Part shown: in pieces, positions 40,179 through 52,920 of the stretch
Position numbering within the stretch: the stretch's first letter is position 1
How the letters are laid out: each line of letters opens with the position of its first letter
Assembly: GCA_030704615.1 (NCBI GenBank)
Contig: CM060733.1
Coordinates: 71,114,001-71,178,000, forward strand
Length of the DNA stretch: 64,000 nt
Origin: Takakia lepidozioides
Lineage: Eukaryota; Plantae; Bryophyta
Direction: 5' to 3'
The notes under the pieces: model-generated
Told to the model about the DNA's origin: nothing
The model's database searches: none
Seen by the model: only the letters and a program-made list of their open reading frames with translations
Translations under genes and position numbers: made by a program

Positions 40179-41002
40179 GTTAGGTAGTGGCATTTCGTTT
40201 TCGGGTAATGCACATATAGGGATTTTTTGTGCATTTTAATCATGGAACATATCGTCCATTGATATGCGTGTAATTCAATATTGCGGAAAGATTTTCATAC
40301 TAAAAACTGTGAAGGTAATGACATGCATCACACCCTCTTCATCTGTGGCTTCTTCGAAGTGTGGTAGCGTGATGTAGTAATCAGCTGACGATGTCCATAT
40401 GCGGCTTAACTCATCAGTTCTCCTTAGCAATTTCTGATTACTTAGGGTTTTCAAATCAATTCGCACTATAAGGGACCTTTTATATGTGTTCTTCACAGTG
40501 TGGTCCTGCGTGTTAGACAGACAGAACCCCCTTAGACGCCAGTTTTAGGTCCCTGGTAATAGTCGGTGCCGACTATTACATGTCCTACAACCTTCCCCTG
40601 TCCACTCCAGTTCGTTGCTATTTCGGAACTTTGAGCGGGGATGATATAGTCGGTGGCGACCTAAACACTCAACATTGGGGCACCGACCTCCTATTGCAAA
40701 TGAGGTATTATAGTCTGTGCCAACTACAACACCTAACTTTGGGGCACGGTAGTAGGCATTCGACCTCCTGTTTCCGTGGCCTCTTCCAAGTTGATGAAGT
40801 CGGCAGTTTAGGTTGCCGACCTCTATGTGAGGGACTTCGGGGTAGGTTTGGTGTAGGTTTGGCAAAGGCTAGGACGTCCGCTCATGCTCATGCGCTCGTG
40901 CTTGACTGTCTGCCACAATTTGTGCGATGCAAAATTGTTGTGCCGCAACTGGGTTTCTGATATCATAATTTCATGTGATTCCTCTATTTTCTTCTATGGC
41001 AG

Positions 41003-41930
41003 GGTAACAGAGAAGGCCTTCGTGGAAACTCACCTGGCACATACGCTGTACAGAGTGCAAGAAGTGGGCACAACACCACTGACAGACTTCAAGAAATCCC
41101 TCGATCCCGAGCTGTACAGGAAGTCCCTGGCGAAAGCGGACCGTACCTGGTACCGACCCACACTGGACAACCATGGTTGAAATCCTCTATGCGGTGAGGT
41201 TCATCTCTATTTTCCCGATGTGATGTGTTTTTCTTGGGGAGCTCAATGGCCTGATTGTATCCGCGGGTTATTGGGACTGCAGACGAACATCAGGGACGAC
41301 TTGGCCTATGCCAAAAGGCAGTTCTTGGAGAGTGATGCCCCCAGCAAGGCGAACGCGTCCATAGAGAGTCACGTTGTCCTGGCAGGGAAGCAATCGTGGA
41401 CCAAGTACAAGTCGAAACTTGTCAAGCAAGTAGCAATCGCTTGTCATGTGTTGACCCGGCGGAGAAGGTTAGCATGTGTTTGTTCTTGTTTTCTGCCTTT
41501 TCAGGATTCTTCTGTGAGGTTCTTTTCTCTAACCGATATTAGAACATGCAAATGAGGTGGCTGCGAATCTGGAATGACCATACAAACACGAAGCTGTTGT
41601 ACCACTTTCCCATCGAGCCAACTGACGACAAAATGAACGACTAGCTGAATGTCATAACCTGGCGGCATCAGGTATAATGTCCTCCTGTTGAGTCTATTGG
41701 ACTTCATCGCAATTTCAAATTCATGATTGTTTCGGAGTCCTGCAATGCTGCAGGTACTGACCCACACCCAGGAGCAATTGGATTGCAACACCACCACTTT
41801 CAAGTTGCAGATTGATTGGACAAAACCGGAGATAATGGAGAACGATGTGCAGTCCTGGCGAGGGCGCTTCCCAAACCTGTTCTTCAGAGAAGTGGCAAAG
41901 GCAAGACGCAGCGTATACATCGAAGAGCAG
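41003..41930 (+). pseudogene. ParB-MTase family fragment C (post-ParB exons, internally deleted)
   Basis: VTEKAFVETHLAHTLYRVQEVGTTPLTDFKKSL..TWY and MRWLRIWN..FPIEPTD..ITWRHQ, matching copies A and D. Confidence 0.8.
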
Positions 41931-42029
41931 GAGGGGGCCGACAAAAATTCACGGTCAGAACCGAAACTGCAAACAGGGGGATGCATTGGCAGCAGAGTAC
42001 CTGAATAGGACTTGCAAGCTGCGGTTGGT

Positions 42030-42290
42030 TTTGCGCGGCGCCGAAATACCCCCATGCAACTTGTGAATGTTGGGCAATTGCTGTCATTTAATCCTACAAA
42101 CTTTGATGCATCTACCGTGCCTGCAAACTGAGCGATGTTGCGGTGGGTACTATTGCGGCGTCGAAATACCCCCAGGAACTTCTGAATGCTGGGCAAGTGC
42201 TGCCATGGAATCCCATATTTTCCTGCGCTTGTCGTGCCTCTGAATTGAGCCACGCTCCTTTGGGTATTGCGGTGCCAAAATACCGGCTGC
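42030..42290. repeat. Three diverged ~120-bp tandem units
   Basis: GCGG.G.C.AAATACC repeated near 42035, 42155 and 42269. The minus strand reads as repeated F(W/R)(H/R)R peptides. Confidence 0.6.
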
Positions 42291-42419
42291 ATTGGGAACT
42301 TCCACTGGCATGATGCAGCAGTAGCATGATTGTTGTTGAAATGGCTCCTGTGGTGCCGTAATAGGAAATTCGTGATTGCACGTACATAAATTTTGTTCTC
42401 ATTCCATTCGGAGCCGGGT

Positions 42420-44696
42420 AGTTATCGAACTCCTCGCTGTCAAGCTTGCATCTTTCGCCCCCATCAGCCGACATAATATGCTGCATGACAATGGTCTGCG
42501 CCGCGTTCAGCTCCACAGCTTTTGGTCGTGCCAATGGAGACCTGGTGAGCTCCTCTCTCAATATCGCGCTGCAGCTTCTCTTGATGCGCCTGTGGCACTC
42601 CTATGGGTGTGGCATCCCACATGGACTGCACAACGTGTCATAGCAGGAGGTCCACAGACGTAAAACATCTTTGCCGGACAAGCCTCCATACAGGTAGGAG
42701 GCTGGTTGCAGATGGAGCAGACAAACGTCCTCTCCGGTACTGTACTTTGTGCTTGAAATTTGGTATCCGACGTCCCCGGCCACAAAGTGTCGTTGTGATA
42801 CCTCTCCCTCACAAAAAATGGGCAAGCCGCTCGTACGCATTTCAAACTCCCGACACAGTTCACATATCTGCAACACACGGCGTCACCCATAAATTCAGTG
42901 AAGTGGGATGACAAACTCATCTTGGTGCTATTTGGGAAATCGGCACAGACTTCTCCAAGGACTTACACGAATGTTGATATTGCAGAAAAATGTCATAGTG
43001 CCGCAAGATACTAATGTACACACGAGAAATCAGTGCCGACTTCTCCAAGAAGGTCGCAGATTCTGAAATTGCAGAGCATTCTCATAATACCTGAATTCAT
43101 TCGAAGATACACACGAGAAATCGGCACAGACTTCTGGAAGGATGAGAGAGAGCAACAAACCTGACTGCCGTGTCTTTCCTGTCTAGCAACGGCAATTTCA
43201 GATTTGTAGTTTTTGTTATAGTCCATGGGTTTCCATCATATTTCCTGTGCATGCCTTCCAGCTGGCCCGCTGCACTGGTGTTTTCTGTTGGCGGCAACTC
43301 GTACACAATGTCCCCATCTACTCTTCTGGGTAAATGGTTCACCTTCACTATTTGAACACTGTGAAAGTCGGTCCTTGAAAGCTCGTTGCGGGATGTGGTG
43401 CTGGTGCGTAGGAGCTGCAAGATGTCCACCATTGAATTTGTAACCGCATCTGTGGGTGTGGGAGTAAACACGTCGGCATCCACCTCATGTGCATCGTCGT
43501 CCTCCGTGGTGTTTGCGCGCGTGCGCGGAGGTGCGGAGTATGCTCGTCTGCTGCCAACCACCATGCAGCCCTCATCCTCCTCACTCAATATTTGAATACT
43601 CTCCGTCTTCGCAGCACGTGGGCCAAATATGGATGCGGCAGTCGGTGGAGTAAGGGATGCCGACACACTCGACGATGATGCTTGCTGGCCATATACAATG
43701 TATAGACCAGGTTGCGACAAAGTAAAGCGTCAGCTGGGAATAAGAGTAGCCAGAAATGCAACGTGCACGTGAAGTGCAGGAACTGCAAGTAGAGGAACTT
43801 GCCTACCAGTCATGGGATGAAGATTTGCACCGCCTAACAGTGGTCGGACTAAGCATTACAAACGGTATGCCTTGATGTCCCCATGTCTTTGCAAGTGAGC
43901 AAATGGCGATTCAGAATCATTCATCTTCACCCTCACGACTCTTGCTGCAAGATAGACCATGCTATTCTTCCTTCACATCAGAGGGTTTTCATGATAGGAC
44001 CTGGCATGATTACCTTATTTTGCATCACCAGGCAACATATATGCCAAAGAGTGACTGCCCTAATGCAGATGCAATTGCATATCCAGCTCCTCTAGAGCCG
44101 AAGTTTGAGAGAATTTCCAGATGGCAATGCCTTTTTTTGGCCCTAAAAGGCTGTAGAGCCTGAGCAAATGTCGTCCAGATTTGCCTCTTTATCAGACTGA
44201 GAAGTCTACCACCAGCAATGCTGAATTGTGATGAATGTTCACCATGAACGGAAGTATGCACAATGACAAAGTGCTTGCTAAGACAAATATCCCCCAGGGA
44301 AGGGAAAGGGAAGACCTCATCATATATAGAAGCAACCAAGGCAGTTGTTGTGCCTTTGGCCTTTGTTTTTTCCGCACTCTTCACAAGCACAGACTTGGGA
44401 TCAGTTATAGCTTCACCTTTACGAGCTAGCTCTGCACAATTCCACATGAGCTCCCGTGCACCTATTTCATGTGGAATGACATAGGCCCGCGCAAAATCAT
44501 TTCGTTTAGGACTGACAATCCGAGTTTCCACAACGCCATCCTCTCCCACCTCCTCGACTTTGAAAACAGCCGTCCTAGGCTGCAATGCAAAGCGAGATCT
44601 GAGAACCTTGTCTGCGAATATCACCAAACCATCCTTGGCTTCCACTCTTACAGACGCATTTGCAGATGGACAGGTTAGGCGAACGCACTCAGCCAT
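42420..44696 (-). pseudogene. N-terminal half of a Mutator-like transposase with a GCM/WRKY-like Zn-binding domain; catalytic DDE part missing
   Basis: KYDGNPWTITKTTN..CVGSLKCVRAACP..CSIC..C...CPAK..HVGCHTH follows the GCM-fold ligand order. Spliced. Truncated near 42420. Assignment of the 44696 exon to this gene is tentative. Confidence 0.6.
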
Positions 44697-45931
44697 GTTG
44701 ACAGTGACAGAATAGAAGGTGTGCTCTGAACAGAGTGCAAGTACAAACAGAATGATGTCAGTGTCTGTATGTACATTGAGAAATTTGAAATGGAGCGGTC
44801 CTTGTCCACCACTTTCCAGGTGGCGCAGCTTTGACATTTAGCAAACGGCATTCTTTGGCATTTTCCAACGGCAACTTACCTGTCGGAATCCGCGTAAATC
44901 CCTAACATTCCGACTGATTGCCGGAAGTCTGCAACGACTTCACGGCAGTGCAACGTATCCCGCAGATGGACCCACGAAGTCCGTTGTTGCCGTTCAAAAT
45001 GGAACCGGCAAGTCGGTGCAGATGTCTTCTTCGAAAATGAACCTGCCGGAAGTCTGCGCTGACTTCTGGAAATGGTCTGCCGGAATGTAGTTTTCATATA
45101 ACATGGACGCACGAAAACGGCATGTCTGTGACGACTTCTGGTATTTTCTGACAGGAATCTGTCGAAATATGCCTAAATGGCTTGCTGGGACTAAGTTTTT
45201 GGAGACAGGCAGCAATATAACGTTCAAGTCGGTGCCGACTTGCCGGAAGTGCACTCCCGGCGGCCTCAAAAGTCCAACTTTGGGCGGACTAACAGCAATG
45301 TCCCCGGAAAGTCTGTGCCGACTTCCCAGAAAACCGACGGGCAGTCCGCGCATGCAATGTCAGGCGTCCAGGCTGCCCTTACATTTGGGAATAGACCAGC
45401 CGGGAAGTCGGCAGAGACTTCCTGGCAATTATCCGTTTTCAGGCGGACATAAGCCGGGAAGTCTGGGCAGACTTCCCGGAAACATCGTTATCAGGCAGAC
45501 ATCACCGGCAAGCCTGCACAGACTTGCCGCAAAATTCCACATTCAGGCGCTACGTGTGACGTTTTGCGGCACTACATGTGTTATGTGGTCACGCGTTAGG
45601 GATTGAAGTGCCGGGAAGTCTATGCAGACTTGCCGAAAATTGTGCGTTTTCAGGTGATGACTTTGACCTTTCAGGCAGCGCACGTGTCGCTTAAGCACCC
45701 ATTGGGGCCTACGTTGTGAGTGGCGCATCCTTGAAACATCTTCCAGAAGCGTCGCCGCGAAGCGACTTCCACCAAGCCGCCACTTTCTTGTCTTCCGCCA
45801 AACTGCCTCTTTGCTCCCGCACCTGCTCCTTCGCTTCATCGCTCAGTCTGCCCACGCCTTCTGCCCCTCCGTGGATTGCAGCAGTATGTTGCAACACTTT
45901 TGGAGAGGCGCTCCCGGTTTTTTCAGCAACC

Positions 45932-48900
45932 ATGGAGGCTATTGGTGAGGACGACCCCAACTTTCAGCTTGAGAGACCCTCGCAGATGGTGCCGAGGACT
46001 TGCACCATTGTTTCCAGTTCGTAGAGCAGCGAGCAGGCGCGCGGGCGAGGGAAGGCACGGGGGAACACCAGGAAAGGGCAATCTGGATCTGCAGACGCCT
46101 CCGCCCCATCCTCCTCTCGGCAGAGGAAATCAGATCGCTCGCCTATGTCGGTATCAAACCGCTCGTTGCCGGGAGCAGGGAGCTCGCAGTACAGGGGTCA
46201 GCATGCCAGTGGTCCAGCAGCGCCTGGCATAGATGTGGTGCTCACTGCAAAGAGACAACATAGAGCTCTAAAGACGTTGAGAGACAGCACCCTGAACGAC
46301 ACTTAAAGCTCCATTTCCCATCTGTGCAGGATGAGGACGCTACCTGTTGTTCGGCGAGCTGAAAGGCCCGGGATAGAGAAGCTGAAGTTTTTTTTGAGGG
46401 AGATGGGTACAACGACGCTCTTGCATCCTTTTTGCTTGCAACCCACCATCACGCCTGAGGATAGAGCGACCTGGGACATGCATTGGCAGGAGGAGGACCG
46501 CTGCTTTGAGGAGGCCATCAAGGGCACCACCTGGGAGTTTTTGAGCAACCAATGGTTGTATATCTATGACGGCAACCACCGCTACTTGGCGTGGATGGAT
46601 GTGATAACAGAGCAACATGCCGACGACCCCAAATGGCACTATGCAGTCAATGCGAAGATTCTAGATGTAAAACAAGAGGACATCGCTTTGGTCAGAAGGG
46701 CCATGAATCGCATGAACGTGTAAGATTGCTCACGTTTCTTCATAGTCTGCTCATATGAGCATTATTTCTGTCGTCAGTCCTGTAGTGTTCTGTTCACATT
46801 CGCAAACATTTCTTGGCAATTACTCCAACTGCAGGATGCGGGAGTCGGTGCCAATTTCCCATGCAGAGTGACAATGCTGAGGAGTTTGTGCCGACTTCTG
46901 CAGTTGCAGTCTATATCATGATGTGTTTGACGCAATGCTGTTTCATTCTGTTTGATGGTGAGCTTCTCTGCTCGGGTAGTCTGTGCTGACTACCAAATAT
47001 GTGGTTTGGCATGAGAGTGAGTAGTCTGTGCCGACTACCCAATCACAGCTATGCAATGGTAGTGAGTAGTTTGGACCGACTTTCCAGGTCTTGCTATGGC
47101 TTTGCATGTAATGGTGTTTTTTCACTTTCGTGGACTGCCATAGTATGGGAAGTCTGCAACGACTACCCATTCCTCAGCCCTATTCTCCCTGTGCTTACTC
47201 CGGTGTTGTTATGCAGGGTGACAGAAGAGGGCAATGTCAAGTCCGACCTGGCACACAAGCTTTACTATTTCCAGCTAGGCGCAACAACTCCAGTCGAGCA
47301 CTACAAAAATTCACTGTCCGATGAGGTGTACCTCAAGTGCCTCAACAAACGAGACACAAATTGGATGACATTGGCACGGGAGGGCCTTGTCAAGTTCATG
47401 GCACATGAGTCATTCTAGGAGATAATGGATGATACACTGGCGGAGTATTCCCACCTTTCCAACACCCCAGAGAATGCAGAGATTGTGGAATCAGCTCTTG
47501 ATGCAAATCTGGTAGTGTGTAAGACTAAATGGCACTCAAAGATTGCCAAGTACAGTTCTATCTGTGATCCAGCCCTTGGCAACGGGTTCTTTTTTGAGAT
47601 AACAACATACTACAACAAGTTGCGCGCCCTCGATAGAGCGGAGATGACTTTTGAGAGACTTCAGATGGTTGCCTCCAGCCTCGTTTCTGCGGATGCAAAG
47701 ATTGGGTGGTTGAAACTATGGAATTTGCCGCCGGCCAATAGGAGAATCTTCCCGGTGTCACCAACGGACAAGGAATTCAGTGATTGGGTGGACAAGGCCA
47801 CTTGGTGGTGGCAGGTACTCTGTTCATCACCACGTGTATATGCAGTTCTGGAAGTCGGCACAGACTTGCAGTGGCTTTGCATGTAAATGTTAGTAATCTG
47901 ATTGTCTTGTGGATATTTTAGGGCCATGCTGACAGTCCTTGTTTGTTGCAGCAAATGCAAGCGGCGGAGAGGGAACTGGCCACTCTAATGAAGGCGAAGG
48001 TTTTGGCGGTGCGTCCGATGAAGGACATGAAGGGATTGCTCAGGTGGATTGAGCATTTTATGGTCGAGTACTGGAATGAGCTTTTCCACTGCGAGATGGT
48101 GGAGGGCCCACACAGGAGCTGGGGTGTCCTAGAGCAGCCAGGGGGGATGCAGCCTCCACGTCGACTTGTGTACAGGTATGACAATGCAAACCCTGTGTTG
48201 TATTTCAAGACGTGGTAGTTGGGAAGTCTGCACAAATTTCCCGACATGATGCTGACAATGGCAATAGTCTGTGCCGATTTCTGAATCTGAAATGCCTCAC
48301 TTTCTCAGGTACATCAACTTCTACCTTCTGCCCAACAAACACATTTAAGCTATCCCGGCGATGGTTTCTCAGTGGGCAGGTACACGGTCTGAGTGCACCA
48401 TGTACAATGGCAAGCAGATTTCAGAGTACGTGCGGTCCTCCCATTTGCAGTGTTATTGGTGGTTGGACTGCCCACCGAACTTCATCCCTGTGGAGGAGGC
48501 AGAAGCATATAAGACGCTTGCTTCAGGTGAAGAAATACCACCTCCACCCGGACAACCTGCCAACGAGACCGCTGCGCCAGAAGCCCACAATGCCGCTATC
48601 GCTCATCTTGAGCACACCACGGAGGCCCTTGTGGCGGAGGCAACATCAAAAAAGGGCCGCACCAGGAAGCAGAAGCCGAAGAAGGCTTAGAGAGTCGGCG
48701 AGCAGTCATCTCCTGCCAAACAAGGTAGAGCCCAGATGGAGAAAAGCCAGGAGGGGACGGATGAGACAGAGGACGTGCAAGTGGTGGAAGGCGAACAGGT
48801 TCAACAGCAAGGCAGAACGGGGATCACCGAGCATCTGGGTGGAATGGACCTATAGCAAACGCACGCCGTGGCCCCAGCCAAAGTCTAATTTTTCCAAGGG

Positions 48901-50899
48901 CTGGTACCAGAGTACCTAAGTCAATGGCATTGCCCTTAGCCATACAACAATCCTTGTTTGAGGCGCGTCCACTGCAGAAGTATGTGCCGACTTGTGAGGT
49001 GAAATGCATCCACTGCGACAGCTTCGCACTTGTTGAGCAGCGGCTGGCAAAGGAATCCACGTGGGGGGGTATCCAAACCCTCCATGGAGGAAGGCGCTGA
49101 CCTCGTCATTGTGGATTTCCCAGATGGGCAGATGGTGCATAATTGTGGGGCAGAGGGTGTTGTGCCAGATTGGATTGTTTGGAAGCTTTCTCACATCAGC
49201 TCTGCCATATCACTGGCAAAATGCAATCACGGATGATGTGGGGCGACTCCTCATTTTCTGCAAGGGTGATGGCAAGACGGAGATGGACCTTCGATGGATA
49301 GCAAGCAATGCGCCGTTTTGTTTGGTGAAGAGGAAGTGGACCTGCATGAATGCCCTCCCGCTCCTGACAGGCGACGACTAGCAGGCACATGTAGCCCAAA
49401 ACACCACCTCCTTGTGTCGTTTATCATGTTCCATTCCCTGTCAATGTGGGAAGTCTGCACAGACTTCCAAAATACCTAGCCCTGTTTCCATTGAAGACAT
49501 AAGTGCCTCCTACCTGTTCCCACGTCCACTAGTGGTTTTTTCATATAACAGTGAGTTATGCTGAGCAGTTTGAACAACGCCGCAGTCCACGTTTTGTTTT
49601 GGAAGTCGGCACGGGCTTCCCAGAGCAGTATGGGAAGTCTGCACAGACTTCCAACTTAACCCCATGTTTTCCTGCTTAACAATACCGGACAGTGGCTGGT
49701 GCCTGGGAAGTTCGAAGTTATTACCAACGCTTTTCAACATGTCACCCGCGTCCTTGTCCAGCTTTCATGAAGTCGGCCCAGACTTACTGTTCATGTGCTA
49801 AGGCGATTGGGTTTCCTGTGCAGACTCGGGTGTTTTATGCTTTTTTGCTGTTGAAGAGCCTGACATACGCCTGTGACCTTGGCCGGGATGCCAAGAAACT
49901 GGATTCCAACTTCAATCCGGTTGACACCGACATTGTGTGCAATTGCATCACCAAAGACAGGTTGTACACAAGAGCTGATGGGACCTAGTTCAGAGGCGCC
50001 AGAGAAAAAAACCCAATGTTCCTACAGACTTTTATGGAGATGTTGACAGACATTGGGGGCAAGATTGTGGACCTCACTGCAAACTGTGGCGCATCCATGG
50101 TGGTTGCACGGGTTTGTGGTAGCCACTTGCTGGCCTTGGAAGGCGATGGAGAGCTTGTAAGAGAGAAACTGCAAGGCCTGCAAAGTGAGATACCTACTAC
50201 ACCTGACCCCGTGGCCCCAATGGGCTTGACACCTGATGAGTGGTTCTGGGATTCTGGTGTCCAACCTATGCATGTCCATGTACTGGAGTGAGTAAGTTTG
50301 TTGTTCCTCTCGTTTTCTTTCTTCAAAACATGATAGTCGGCGCAGATTTCTCAATTTTGTTGCATTGTCTTGCTTGCCATGGCCCGGCCAACACGTTCCC
50401 TTTGCAAGACTCATGACCATGGTTTTTTTTTTCCCCTATTTGTAGTGATGTTCCCTCAATTTGCACAAGGAGGCCAGCTCCAACGATGCCAGCTCATCGC
50501 CGTGCAGCCTCCTTAATGGCTGCACGTCAGGAGAGGGAAAATAGGAAGGCACAGATTGCCGAGAAGAGGGCAGAGCTTCATCGAAAAGCAGCTGCTATTC
50601 TCTTCACCCCACCCAAACCTATGTGTCTTCCTGACTATGCAACAAAGATGGCAGAAAGGCTAGCTCAGCAGGAATCCCCCGAATTGTCGAAGAGGCCAAT
50701 GTGGCCAGGTGAGGCACGGGCGGTTAAAAGGTTTAGGAAGGTTCAACATTTGGTAGAATATAGTGTTGTGCTAGGTAGTGAGAGCTCTGATCCATCGACA
50801 GAAAAAGAGGACGATGATGATGTAGATGAGATCATCGAGAAAGTAGTGGACGATGTGGAGATGGAATATGGGGACGCTACCAGTGAGGGCACTCCTTAA
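45932..50899 (+). pseudogene. ParB/Srx plus beta-class DNA MTase-like fusion gene, copy D (full span, decayed)
   Basis: LPVVR..WLYIYDGNHRYLAW (46568-46582). ADLVIVDFPDG (49114-49125). FRGAREKNPMFLQTFMEMLTDIGGKIVDLTANCGASMVVARVCGSHLLALEGD (motif I 50064-50090). Stops at 47416, ~48347, 48688 and 49986. Several intron positions shared with copy A. Confidence 0.8.
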
Positions 50900-51194
50900 C
50901 CTTGTTACCCTTAAACGTTTCTATAAATTCAAAAATTTGTTTCGTGTTTATTTTCTGTGCAGCTCCATGCAATGGATGGAGCAAAAAGTAGTATGACTGA
51001 TTGTCTTGAAGCATGGAAAATGTTGGAGTACATCTACATTCTAAGCAATATTCACAGTTCCTGCCTTTTTCCAAATTAATGTCATTTCACGTTTTCCTCT
51101 ACCCTCGGTTAACTCTGGTAGTGTATGTGACGCGCGGAATTGGGTGGTACACCTTCTAATACCGTGCATTTATACATCCTAGACATTAAGTATG

Positions 51195-52531
51195 GGGGGA
51201 TGCTATTCTGTGAGCAGAAAAATCCGTGAGCAGAAATCTGCTCACGCTTCAGGATCTGCCCACCTATAACCGCGGGCACCTATTCAACTTAGAAGACCTA
51301 TTATTGTGCATAGTGGCCAGTATTACAAGCTCGGTTATGGATGCTGCTGGGATGAATGAGGGATGAATGGCGGATGAATGTCTGTATGATGAATGAGACA
51401 TGGATGAATGAAATAAATGTAATAATACAAAGTTGTTTTGTAGTAGTAGCTCCGAAATCCCCCGAGCTCCGAAATCCTTTAAACCATGCTAGTCTTGCTT
51501 GCAAATCAATTGTGAAAGTGCAGTGTATATTGCCAACAATGAATCCACATTGCTTTGTGGATTGAGGAGGGGTTACTTGGTATCCAAGGTTGAGAAAAAT
51601 GCTCACACCCAAATCTAAAGAAGGCAGAGAGGTGAACTCGTGCTTTATAAATAAACATTTCAAAACACGTATTGGGAATTAAGATGTCGTTGATGACACC
51701 TTAATCCCCAACACCTGCACATACACCGCCTTACCGCCAAGGCTTGCCATCAGATTTTTTTGGGTGAATTTTTTTGGGGTTTTTGATTTTTCCATGAATT
51801 GTCATATGCCAACTCGTAGTGGGAATTAAGATGTTGTTGACGACACCTTAATCCCCAGCACCTGCACACACACCGCCTTACCGCCAAGACTTGTTCGCCA
51901 TCAGATTAATGTGGGTTGAAACTGTTTGGGGTAATCTTTTTGGGGTTTTTGGTTTTTCCATGAATTGTCATGTGCCAACTCGTACTGGGAATTAAGATGT
52001 CGTTGACGACACCTTAATCCCCAGCACCTGCACACACACCGCCTTACCGCCAAGGCTGTTCGCCATCAAATTTTTTTGGGTTGAAATTTTTTGGGTGATT
52101 TTTTTTGGGGTTTTTGGTTTTTCCGTGAATTGTCATGTGCCAACTCGTACTGGGAATTAAGATGTCGTTGATGACACCTTAATCCCGAGCACCTGCACAC
52201 GCACCATGGTTCATTCATGTCGCTCATTTTTCACCCAAAAGTCATCCAACATTAGTCCATTCCTTTTTTCATTCATCTCAAAACCAGTCATCTGGCAGCT
52301 TTTCATCGCACATTCGTACCATATGGTCGTCACCCAGCAAAGATTCTTCTGTCGAATGGGGTGGAGATTGCGTCTGTGCAGTGTAGTTTTTGTCCACGGC
52401 AATAGGTCATTTTTTTCCCTCGGTTGTAGGCTCCCATTCACTAATCTGCTCACGCTTAAGGGATTCTGCTCACGTTTACCACTTAAAGCGTGAGCGTGCT
52501 CACGTGAACTGCTCACACGGTAGCTACCCTC
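51195..52531. mobile_element. 1.34-kb non-autonomous Mutator-like element
   Basis: 9-bp TSD TTAAGTATG at 51186-51194 and 52532-52540. Imperfect TIRs GGGGGATGCTATTCTGTGAGCAG / GAGGGTAGCTACCGTGTGAGCAG (17/23). GTGAGC subterminal repeats. Confidence 0.9.
51665..52205. repeat. Four ~150-165-bp tandem units, each with a 36-bp imperfect palindrome
   Basis: GGGAATTAAGATGTCGT-TG-ACGACACCTTAATCCCC at 51674, 51821, 51987 and 52152. Confidence 0.92.
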
Positions 52532-52619
52532 TTAAGTATGTGGCCATATCAGCTTCGCACACATCCCGAACCGGATCCGAGCCTGCAACGTCCCTTCGGA
52601 TTTTAGTATGGAGGAGGTT

Positions 52620-52680
52620 CGGGAACTCTGCTCATGGCTCATGGCTCATTTGCTCATCGCTCATGAAAAAACAACCCCCC
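52620..52680. mobile_element. Right terminus of the Mutator-like element carrying copy D
   Basis: GCTCAT repeats ending GAAAAAACAACCCCCC. Its reverse complement aligns with the terminus at 59033. Confidence 0.7.
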
Positions 52681-52681
52681 T

Positions 52682-52920
52682 GCCGACTACACAATATCTG
52701 AACCCGGTATACCTTAATTCGCTCTGAATCGGGGAAGTCAGCATCGAGACTATTACTGGAAATAATGACTGCGAAGGGAAAAAACACTGTAGTCACAGCC
52801 GACTACACAATATGTGCACCCTATATACCATGATTCTCTCAGATTCGGAGAAGTCGGCAGCGACTATTACTGAAAACGATGACTGCGATGGGAAGATGCA
52901 CTGTAGTCGTTGCCGACTTC
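52682..52920. repeat. Two ~117-bp tandem units containing 16-bp palindromes
   Basis: GCCGACTACACAATAT..GACTATTACTG..GACTGCGA..CACTGTAGTC repeated twice. Confidence 0.75.

Noticed and set aside
44876-45900. ORFs of 70-167 aa in the divergent spacer
   Set aside because: Their recurring SLCRLP-like peptides are translations of the 16-bp palindrome.
14576-49988. Programmed stop readthrough or U-to-C editing rescuing the many in-frame TAG/TGA codons
   Set aside because: Frameshifts co-occur in the TE genes, and C-to-T decay of methylated DNA is the simpler explanation.
20420-50899. Bacterial or phage contamination as the source of the ParB-MTase genes
   Set aside because: The genes have GT-AG introns at shared positions and are interleaved with plant TEs bounded by TSDs.
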